A stretch of DNA of 64,000 bases. It comes from Phallusia mammillata (lineage: Eukaryota). A program made the position numbers and the translations under genes. The notes beneath the pieces are model-generated. The model made no database searches and was not told where the DNA came from. It saw nothing but the letters and a program-made list of their open reading frames with translations. Location: the NCBI GenBank assembly GCA_965637545.1, contig OZ281494.1:34100001-34164000 (forward strand), in the 5' to 3' direction. Below are positions 41,910 to 53,031 of the stretch, one piece after another; the first letter of the stretch is position 1, and each line of letters begins with the position of its first letter.

Positions 41910-42330
41910 CAGTGGTTCCCAAACTTTTTCAGATTTTTTTCAAAACGGTCCCTTTGCCAATATTTCGAGGGCTCGCGGTCCTTAAGCCTAAATGTGTATT
42001 TCATAAAAACGAAAGTTGATTGTAGGATTTTAGCCAGTTATGCAAAATTGCGCATAACAATCATTCAAAAACAGCATGTGACATCACAAACAGGACAAAA
42101 ACAATACGATTGTGCGCGAACAATTGCATTTTTGATAGTTGTCATTCAATAAAGGCCATTGTTTAGCAATGGAGACAGTCGATTCTCAATTCTACTTTGA
42201 TTTTAAACTTATTTAGTGGCACAAACTGACGCCAAATAAGATTATAGAATTACTTCAACCGCTTCGCGGTCCCCCCAAAATTGCCTCACGGACCCCTAAG
42301 GGACCGCGGACCCCAGTTTGGGAACCGCTG
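41910..42330. mobile_element. hAT (Buster-like) MITE just upstream of copy 8
   Basis: TIRs cagtggttcccaaac...gtttgggaaccgctg; perfect TSD gtttaggt. Confidence 0.92.
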
Positions 42331-44036
42331 GTTTAGGTGAAATATTTTGCTGCACAGTAGGTTTTTGGTCAAAGTTACGTTACCCAAATATAACGCAATT
42401 ACGCTTTGGTTACAGACATACATCAGTTGCATACGTAATAATTACGATAGAATTTCACAATATCCCTTCTCAACTATTCGTGAACACGTACGACTGTAAA
42501 AATGAAATATATTATTCCTTGCATTCTAGACTTGCAAACTATTAAATATTAAAATAGAAATACAGATACTTTACGCTAGTGATCCACTCAGTACCAGCAA
42601 AAAATGAACTTTTATAGTTTTGTAACTTGGCCCGTGAAAAAGATTCGTTAAAAACAGCTTCGTATAGTCCGGCAACCGCAGTTGCTGGACCCTCTTTAAT
42701 TGTACGCAAATACAAAAAAATGTCTAACATCAAACTGTAATGTTCTACATCCAGAGGCTTGTTGTGCAACGCGGAAAACAGTTTTTCACCAATAGAAACG
42801 GATTTAGCACCCATGGGTGCAAATTTTAAAATCAAAAAATATATATTTTATGGTTCAAACGACTTTTGTTAAATAAGCTTATCGTACTAAGATAGTTTGA
42901 ACTAAACACTATCGGACCCTTTAACGACCACAGTGTATGTGATTAAATAACTAAGAAATTGAGTAAAAAAGATTGAATAACATAAGGCTTATCTGTTGCA
43001 GAACCACCTCGGTTTCTTACGTCAAATACGTGACATAAGAATGTGCAAAACAAAAAAATTACAAATCAACATTTTTTAAATCTATTTTTTTTGTTCAAGT
43101 TTCAACGAAACGGGCATGATATATGGCTGACTTCACAATCCGCCACATTTGTGTCATAATTTCACTTTGACAAATTTCACTTTCAGTCTAATTCGGGTTG
43201 TTATTTTTTTGTAAAGTGGTTCATGCCCTATTTTGCGGCCAGCTTGTAAACCCTGTTTGGAAGTCATTGGGTTGTGCCATGTTTCGTTGTCTCGTTAAAC
43301 AACGCCAGTTACTCCTTAACCCGGAAAGAGAACGATGTAAATCTGGTGAAAACTGAAATCGCCTCAAGTAAGCCAAATTATACAATGTCCAAATTGCGTA
43401 AGAGTGACGTAGTGCATGTGTACAACATGAAAGAACGTGTTTCAAAACTCCCATAAGGATGTTACATTAAGTATGATATCCTGTTTTACAAGGTCCGTAA
43501 GTTTCGCAAAACCATGTCATAAATGTGATGAAACATGCGAAAGGCAAATCTAAAAATTCGTGATCACCTGTTATTCGAACATTTGCAACTACTGTGTTTT
43601 ACAACCACAAGAACTGCGTTTAACAACCAGATCTAGGTGTTAAACAACCGAGGCACCGTTTTCAAAAATTGCCACATGCTAACAGAAGATCATATCCATG
43701 TTGCCATCGTAAGCGTTAGTCGAGTGAGGAAATTCAGGCAGCCAATTATAATCTTAATCTGTTAATAGTCGATTACAAGCTTTTGCAGCAGGTCAGTGCG
43801 CAACTAAGTGTCGTATTAAATGCCCGACAATCATTCATACGATTTGTTTTAGGCCCAGCTAGTTCTAAACTATGTTTGTGGCCCATAAAGCATCCGGAAC
43901 TATACGATAAGGGTTCCCAAGTGAATCAATATAATTTTACTATTTCGAAGTGATTTCTTTGTTATGAAATACCATAAATATCGCCAACATAGCGTATTTT
44001 CTTTTGATGTAGGCTATAGAGTCGTTATTGTAAAAA

Positions 44037-45526
44037 ATGGAGTCGATTTATGCTAAAAAGGAATCTGGTTGGGTCAACCATTACGCTGGAATTCATTACG
44101 GTGGCCGTTATCTTAAAAAGAGATGGACCAACTTTGTTCCAGCAGAAAATTATCAATTTGTCGAAACTCTTTCGAAATTGTCAATACATTCGATTGATAA
44201 GGTAAGAATTTAACAACCGAAATGAAATTGTGTTTAAGACATTTTGATTTTTTGCACAGACATGCACCAACAAAAGAGCTTTGGATCTTGGTTGTTGTGT
44301 TGGTGGTGTCACGTTCAACCTGGCAGCGAAATTTAATGAAGTTATCGGGTTCGATTCTTGCGAAGGCTTCATTGAGTTTTGTGAAGAACTGAAGGAAAAC
44401 GGAAAAGCTACAATTTTCTCTTGTGAAGAGGGCGACCTGGAAAATGAAATGTTAGCTGAGATACCAGATTCAATTGTAAGTTGATGTCCTAACTTATTTA
44501 TATTTTAGCATGCCTAATTCAGTATGAAAACTTTCGCAAACCTGACGTGGTGTCAATTATTTTGAGATGTTACGAAATTAAAACTCGGTAAACAAAAACT
44601 GTTCTCGTAACATCTTAGGACCGAAGCAAGTGCAGTTTTATATTGGGAGATGTCCTTGCTTTGCCGTCTGACATTGGAACGTTCGGTTGTGTGGTGGTGA
44701 GCAACTTGCTTCACTGCATCAAAAACCCGATGAAAGTTTTGAAGACGATCCCTGGTCTCTTGGATGATAACGGAATCTGCGTAATCGCTTCTCCCCACTA
44801 TTCGTCGGAAGAGTTTACACCAAAGGTAATGTTTTATAACTGCTTTACTGGTGATGATTCCAACTTCTGTTTAACGCACATACGCAAACAACAAAAATAC
44901 AAACCTTAAAAACTAACAATAAAACCCCAACAAACTGAGTGTCGTTGGATGGCTACACTATCTCTCGTCGCCAGCTGCAACCTTATAGGTCAAACCAGTG
45001 TTCACTGTCTGCAGCCTATCATCGATTGGCTTAATTCTTTTACAATAGGAATAAACCAAGTTATAAACTTAGTTGTTAACGATAAAACTAGCCCCTAACC
45101 CTATCCCAGTCCCACTGTTAATTTAAATAACTATGCACTTCATGTCTCCTATCAGAAATTAGCAATTTTTGGGGGGATTTGAGTTCTTATGAAATAGCTA
45201 TTGCTGTCAGTCATAATGTATAACCAAGTATTGCTCATCCAGCAGTTTTATTGTAAACATTCGACGTTGAGTTCTTATGTTAGTAGCTCTACCTTGTTTC
45301 ACACTATAATTAACGAAAACCTATTTAGGAGAACTGGTTAGGAGGATACTTGAACCAAGAAGGAAAAGCGGTTACAACAACACAAACTATAAAGGATGTT
45401 CTATCTAAAAACATGGAACTGATTTGCACAGTAGACATTCCGTTCATTTTACAATACCGGCTCCGCTCATACGAAGTGGCTATTTCTGAAGTGCAAGTCT
45501 GGAAAAAGATGCAAACTAATAATTAA
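44037..45526 (+). CDS. OvoA-Cterm-like methyltransferase copy 9 (261 aa); join(44037..44201,44260..44475,44619..44825,45329..45526)
   Basis: Open frame, canonical sites, 58-nt intron 1; SNLLHCIKNP subtype like copy 6. Confidence 0.92.
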
Positions 45527-47271
45527 ATACTCCGTTAATTTAACACCGAACAGTTTGTGGTAATTTTACAAATTGAATATAACCTCATGCCTTCAATGTT
45601 TTGATCGTACATTCCAAGTAGAAAGTGCATTTCAATGTTTCTGATTAAAAGTTAAATAGCAACAATGTACAGTTTTTCAGGACAGTGTGTGAAGTCAGTT
45701 GCCAAATGCTGCCTGCTGTATGTGACCATAGTAGTAATAAACACCACTGGTTTTGTATGATAGGCTTACTTGCAATATGAATTCTCCACGTAATGAGGCA
45801 TTTTACGTCATATACGTTAGTATAGTCGCCCGAGTTTAACTTAAAGCGCTCAGCGGCCGGAACGTTATTGTTTCGTTTTGGAACCTGTTGAAACATCCGC
45901 CATCACTTCCGGCTACTCGGTAAATGTATCTACAATTTGATGGTAGAACTACTTACACAAGAACTAACAGTAGATTTTTTAAATACCAATAGATGAGGTA
46001 AAGAGCACATTTTCTAACAGTGAGACTGGGATATTGACCCACATTTATTAAATCATTAAGTCATCCATTCTTACTTCTTATCATAAGGAAGTTTTAATCA
46101 ATAAGCATAAGGTTCATTACAGTTTTCATTCACCAAGCAATCAGCTTTGAAAAAATAAATAAAAATAAAATGCCAAATGCAAAGTCAGTAACTACCGGTT
46201 AACGGCATTACAAACACAGAAAGCATTGTGCTACTTCAAAACCATCTGTTTTTGGCTTTCCGGGGAGTTTTTGTTCGAATTTTGCTGATTGATTGATTTT
46301 TTGTCTTCTTCTTAGTTTTGAAGGTTGCAACACTCGTTTTTCAATTACATGCTGACAAACGTCAATGGTCGCCAAGAACTGCTGGCAAATTGCCGAACCC
46401 TTTGTCTTTAACAATACACATTGTCACTTAATACCCTGCCTTTGCAATGTAAATACGAGCGCAAAAAAATAAAAGCTGCATCTTAAGTGGGATGTAATAT
46501 AAGCAGTTGTAAAGTTGGGTTTATTTCTCTTGATGAAAAAACACATTTAATTTCGCTTGGTGAAAAAAAACACATAATTCTGCATTCAGCGCCCCAGCCC
46601 GCTTAGCACTTGGCTCGCTTTGAATACACGCGAAGGGCTATTAGGGTTGGGGTGAGGGTTTGCAATTAAACTAACACTATATTCTCATCTTAGATACTTT
46701 GAGATGGGTTAGTTTAGGGATTAGTCTGCTTGTGTTTTTATGCGACACTGTGTCGGCATTACGTGGCAACCCTCATTTACATGCTCTCACTTAAGGTACG
46801 ATGGTTGCAGAACACGCCTCTTGATGTGAAACACTGTATTGTGGTGTAAAACATTTCCTTGCGTTCGTGTGCTTTAGTTTAAACTTTAAATCAATCGCAT
46901 AGCAACTAGAGTTATCTCATAGCAAGTTTACAAGTCTTGAATGAAATATAAATTTTTTTTACAGTCGTACGCGTTCAAAAATAGTTGAAAAGAGATAGTT
47001 TTAAATCGTATGGATTGTTTATTCAACTGCTGTAGGTTTGTAGCTAAAGAACGTGTTGTTAAATACGTCAATTTGACTAAAACTCATTGTGCAGCAAAAC
47101 ATTTTCCCAAAAATAGTGGAGCATGATGCAATTTAAACCAAATTTGTTTACAGTAAACTAGGTCAAATACAGCTTGCAATTGCATTGTAACGTGTGTGTT
47201 TTTTTCTTTTTTAGTCGAAATATAAAAAATATTACCAGCATTGTGATAGTTTCGTTGCAGTAGGCTAAGTG

Positions 47272-50223
47272 ATGGAGACGCTTTATACTAGGAAACATAT
47301 GATATGGATGAACCAGTTTACAGGAATGCATTACGGTTCCCGCTACCTTCAAAAACGTTGGAGCAAATTTATTCCTGAAGAAAATTTTAAATTTGTCGAA
47401 AAGTTTTCAAAGTTGTCGATTGATTCATTTGATGAGGTAATTAGGAACTAAACGTCTTTGACTGTATTTGCGATGTTCGCGACGCGTAATTAAGAGACGC
47501 GGCACCTAATTACGTCAGTCTGTTAGGTAAACCTTTACTGATCAGGACGTGGGTTAAGTCTCTTATTATAATGCATAAGGTACCTTCAGGTAACAAGGCC
47601 CCTTAAAAAAACTATTGCGTACAATTATAAAGCAATTTAAGAGTTTAAGGCCAAGTTTGACATGATCGTTGTAGAGGTCGAATGTAAACATCCATCAGCC
47701 TACAAACCAATCAGACTCTTTTGTACTTTGATTCGGTCCAAAGTTTAAACAAGCAACGTTATTAACTTTAGAACACAACTGTTAATCTGAATGTATTGAT
47801 CGAATAAACGACCGCTCGAACATTTTTTCTTGTATATTGTTTTTCTTGTACATAAAAAATATGAGCAGTGGGCCTTATTACCTTCAAGGGCTATATACCT
47901 TTAAGTTTTTGTATTTTTATCCCAGGCGTGCACCAACAAAAGAGCTTTGGATCTTGGTTGTTGTGTTGGTGGTATCACGTTCAACTTGGCAGCGAAATTT
48001 GATGAAGTTATCGGGTTAGACTATTCCAAAGGTTTCATTGATGTTTGTGAGGAAATAAAGAAAAACGGAAAAGTGACAATTTATTCAACTGAGGAGGGAG
48101 ACCTGGAAAATGAAATGATGGCTGAGATACCAGAATCAATTGTAAGTTGGGTCGTAACAGATAGTACGCTTCACTAACTTAAACCAGTGGTCGGCAAACT
48201 TTCATTACCTCGTCCTAAACTATGTGTTGTCATACCTGAAGATCCATTAAAATAATTTTGAGGACCAGTCGATTGTAAAGTATAAGGATAAAGAAAGCAT
48301 CCACAACAAGAATGTGGCTTAAAATAAATTCCTTCAATACAGAATTTCAAGAAATTATATCTAACAACTGACAGCTAACAATCAATAACTTTGAACAAGC
48401 TTTTTTCGTAATGAATATTCAATAAATTGTATGCAATTATTTCCAGTTCATCACCAAATATAACTAACGTATTGTGTATACCCCAAAAAGTCACCGTGAA
48501 CTATTAGTGATCTATGGACGGTCAAGGGAAAAAGATAGGGACCCAATGAAATCTAGGTGTCAAATATATATATCCATTATAAATGTAGTAAATGGTATAT
48601 GTGATACATCGTTAAATATGATGTAGTTGGAGTATATATAAACTGGCAATATATAGGAAAACCACTATTCTAGTATTCTTTTTGCTGTTGGGACCACAGA
48701 TTCAGTGTATTACAAGTTTTTTTAAAAACAACTTTTTTGACTGGGGTGGACAATATTTAAATAAACGTGTAACATTTTGAAAAAGGATGACAAGCACTGC
48801 ACTAAAACTACGTTGTGGCCCATAGTTTGCCGACCTATGATATAACGAACATGCCATCTCAACAAATTGGTTGTTCATAAAGCTCCCATCAACACAATGC
48901 TTACAATAATTCGTTCTAGTGGCTGGAAATACTTACTATTTTTCTAGTTGTTAGCATTGGTGTGATTGTTTATTTAAAACTGTTCTGATTTTCTATCAAA
49001 TAAACTCCATCAATTAAAAGGACCGAAGCAGATGCACTTTTATGTGGGGAGATGTTCATGCTTTGCCTTCTGACCTTGGAAAGTTCGGTTGTGTGGTAAT
49101 AAGCAACGTGCTAGACCGTCTCGAAAACCCAATCAAAGTTGTAAAGAGCCTTCCGGATCTCGTGGCTGATAACGGCGTCTGCATTGTGGCTGATCCTTAT
49201 GGTTTTCTAGAAGCATTTACACCAAAGGTATTTCCCACCAGAAAGTGGCTTTCCTACCAATTTATGTATACTACATGCTTTTAATTTTACATTCCCATAC
49301 AACCTGTAATAGAGGATCAACTTCAGTCAACTAACCATCCAGCTATAGACAAAAAATGGATAAAAACAATTTACAAATATACATATCCCCTAAAAGATTA
49401 CAAAATGTTCACAAGGGTAGTGTAGTACGGTTTGAAAAACAGCAAATTATGCATTATATGCCCACTAGGATTTATTTCCTACACTAGTAATCTGAGATAA
49501 AAGATCCAAAAAGAGTAATCCTGCTGTGGTGCTTCTAACGTAAGCTGCTGCACATTGGTGTGTTGTTAGATAGTGGCTGACCTTTTTTAAATGCAGAAAC
49601 ATATCTTTATTACAAAATCAGACACATACTGTGCTTATTAGATAAACATTAGAATAGTTAGGTACGCAATTTACAGTTTTAAGATTCTGATAAGAAACAA
49701 ACAAACATGTGTAGAATTGTAAAAAACATGTTTCGACAATCCAATCCATATGTCATTCTCAATTGAAATGTAAAATCCAACCAGCAAGTAAAAACGCACA
49801 GATGACAGGTGAAAATGTGTAGATAAAAGTGACAAATATTGATCAGAGGTCTAATTCTGATCCACATGTAGCTTGGGCTGTAATCGTGTATGCTTGTTGA
49901 AACATTGTTTTTACAACATTAAACTAGTTGAATTTACAAGTTGCCCTAGATTAATACTCACATTTTTGCTTGGGGTTTGCATCCACATTTAGAAAGTTAT
50001 ACAAATTGTTTTACAATTTCAGGAGAACTGGCTTGGTGGATATGTAAACCAAGATGGACAAATAGTTGAATCAACAAATTCTATAAAGGAGATTCTGTCT
50101 GATCAAATGGAACTCATTCAGACTGTTGATATTCCATTTGTGCAACAGGATCAAGGCCGAGTGTTTGAATTAGTTATGTCAGAAGTTCAAGTCTGGAAAA
50201 AGTTGCCAAAAACAATTAAATAG
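47272..50223 (+). CDS. OvoA-Cterm-like methyltransferase copy 10 (262 aa); join(47272..47436,47926..48141,49021..49227,50023..50223)
   Basis: Open frame; exon 3 acceptor is a pyrimidine-poor caattaaaag, other sites typical. Confidence 0.86.
47583..47905. mobile_element. Shorter member of the TA-flanked element family, in copy 10 intron 1
   Basis: Shares taacaaggccc-ttaaaaaactattgcgta and gcagtgggccttattaccttc with 30178-31104. Confidence 0.6.
48185..48839. mobile_element. Older hAT MITE in copy 10 intron 2
   Basis: TIRs cagtggtcggcaaact...agtttgccgacctatg; TSD decayed; the left end is also at the equivalent position in copy 11 (~54315). Confidence 0.65.
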
Positions 50224-51410
50224 CCTTGTAACACATGATTAAAAAATGTAATTTATAACATTAATTCTTAATGCATGATAATGAGTTTTGGAAATAAAAA
50301 TCAAATATGCAAACTAATGGATTTGCAAAAAGTATATCGAAAAAAGGATTAGCAGGGCAATTGTTTATTGCTATAATAAAACTAGTCACAAATGTCTTTT
50401 TTCAAATGTTTGTTTTTTTAAAGCATATAAGCTTTGTGCCTAGCTCATCAAAGGCTATGACATTGGCAACCAGTTTTATCAGTCATTTTTGAACAGCTAC
50501 TTAGTAAAATACAATTCTTCACCCCAGTCAAACATAGGCACATTTTGGATGATTTGTGTATATACCTGCAATAAACCCACATTTTAAGTCATACTAAACA
50601 TGGAAAAATCAATGCCTCAATTAAGCCCGACGTTTCAAACCTTTTATTCAATCTTCCAAAAAATAGTAAAAATTGCTTTGTGGCTTAGGCTAGATCCACA
50701 CAGGATTTCTCGCGAGCTTAGCGTACGCCCATGAGCTGCCCCGCTGGCGCAGTGACCGCAAGTTTTATTACAACTGAAGGTCACTAGTAATTATGGTAAC
50801 TTACTTTATCGACTGCAAGTTTAAATTGTTCTGCATGAAATCATTTTCTTTGTCTAAAGTTGGGAAATCACTGACTTAATCTAACAGTAGCCTACAACTC
50901 CACTAGACTTTACAGCAGTAAAAGCTAAATGATACAAATTACAACAATTCGCGGTGTTTGTGAAACTGTCTCCAGCCTTCATGAGTGTGCTTTGGTTTAA
51001 GTTTAATTTTCTTAATCGTGAAACGATTATCAATCCCATTTTACAATTTTATCCATGGATGGCTATGCTGAAACAAAATAGCCCGATCACAAGACAGGTT
51101 CTGTATCAGGAAAATATTTCAACTCGAGTTCATCTGGAAGGAAAAACGTCAAAGCCTGTTTTAATACACATTATTCTGGTTCAAAGCAACTCCAATATTT
51201 TTTGTGGCTAAACATAATATGCAAAGAATCGAAATAAACATAATATGCAATAAATGTTTTTGACTAAGGGAATTGTGGATAAAAACAGAATCATTTTTTT
51301 AAGAACAAAGAACAAACCTCTTTATTTATTTCAGGTGTGTTTTTTATTACTATTTTCAGGTGTCTTAATTTAGTTTAAATTGGCATCACAACAACTTATG
51401 TGGTGGTTTA

Positions 51411-51833
51411 CAGGGCTGCCACTTTTGTTTGAGTGAAAACATCTAGTTTTACCTAAAAAATATCTAGAAACATCTAGATTGAAAAACGAAACACCCAAAC
51501 ACGTATCTAAGCATAAAACAATCCAATTTATTGTAATACATTAGCCAAACAACAACACATATGAAAGGTTTTTGATTAAAATTGCTCTATATTAGATGTT
51601 AAAGAAGCTTATTTGTTCCTTTTCATCAGTCTACGTTTTCTGAGACAGTTATAGCTTTGAGACCTTTGTGGTTATCTGGGTGGAACATTTGTATTAGCAC
51701 GGTTCCTACAGTCTTTACAAACGGTAAAAACACATCTAGATTTTATAGCCATCATCTAGATCCCAAATTTTACATCTAGGCTTAACCAAAACTATCTAGA
51801 TCTAGTTATAAAATATCTAGATTGGCAGCCCTG
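51411..51833. mobile_element. hAT MITE (423 bp) with atctag repeats
   Basis: TIRs cagggctgcca...tggcagccctg; perfect TSD gtggttta. Confidence 0.9.
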
Positions 51834-52408
51834 GTGGTTTAAATCAAAAATAAACTTTAGTTTATAACCACACTGTCCACACACTAGAATACCTTTGTTT
51901 AACTGGGAAAAGCAAGCCTTTGGGAACGTAGTGCATTCCAGTATGTAGGTTTAACCAGGCTATATGTTTTATGGCACAAAGCAACTTTTCCGTTTACTAT
52001 AACAGCTGCATCAAGTGAAAACACGTTTTTTCATGTTCACCAAAAAATAACACGATGAGTTTTAGGCCAAACAAAAAAACAAATCCGCAATTGTTTTTAA
52101 CGTCCAGCTTTTACATTCAGAAAATTCCTAAAAGGGGCCACAAAACAAACAAAGATAAACTAAAAACCACTGCTCGAAAAACGTTTTGAAGCGATTTCGG
52201 CTAGATCTCGATTCGCACATTCTTATTAATGCTAGTTATGTATATGACGTAAAAAACTGCATTTGGTTCAATGGTGAAACAATGTTTTCGGCGTTGCGAA
52301 ACACGTATGTTGATGTGAAACATTGTATTTTGATGTAAAACACTTCCTTGGTCGTAGCGGATCAAGATGCTAACAGGTGACAATTCATGCCTTACTTGTT
52401 CTGAATGC

Positions 52409-52695
52409 CGTGAGTCCTGGTCTGCATCGACGCAAATGCATTCATCTTAGCTGATATGGTCGAACCGGCGATCCCACACTACGCAGCTGACATGTGCAGC
52501 ATACAAGGCAGGGAACGGTGCTTGTGACTCGACTTTCGGCAGCTTCACCACTGAGCCTGTGCAGTTTCTGTCGTGGGTTCGAGTCCCACCGTAGGCTAGA
52601 TTTTTCTAGTCTGTGCATTGCCACACGGTAATGTTTGGGAGACAGGCTTGATTCGGTATCACGCCTTTAATAGGTCTGGCGTACTATGATGATAG
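52409..52695 (+). mobile_element. SINE-like retroposed insertion (~287 bp)
   Basis: Absent from the homologous region upstream of copy 12. 13-bp TSD ttgttctgaatgc/ttgttctaaatgc, Pol III B-box/T-arm gtgggttcgagtcccac, and a short (tga)n-like 3' tail. Confidence 0.72.
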
Positions 52696-53031
52696 TTGTT
52701 CTAAATGCACAAGTAAACGTATTTCAGGATCTTTTCGAGGAAATCTTTAATAGTTTGCTACCCTCAAATGAAAGGAATGGCGTGTTACTTTTTTGCAGTC
52801 GTACATGTTCAAGAATAGTTGTGAAGACAATTTTGTGAATTTCTATCATAACTATCACGTATTCACTGGTGTAGGTTTGTAGCTGAAGAAAGCTTTGTTC
52901 CTTTAAATTTGGGTAACGTAAATTTAACTAAAAATCTCAAATGTTTTCCCGAAAGCAACTGCACTGTAACAGTTATTTGTCGAAACAAAAAAATATTACC
53001 GCCATCGTGGTTTTGTTTGATGCAGTAAGTC

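Noticed and set aside
43274-43456. 60-aa ORF as an extra upstream coding exon of copy 9
   Set aside because: The homologous sequence upstream of copy 7 has a frameshift and stop, so conservation is not at the protein level.
52540-52600. tRNA gene
   Set aside because: Only a T-arm/B-box is present; no acceptor stem or properly spaced A-box; it lies in a TSD-flanked insertion.
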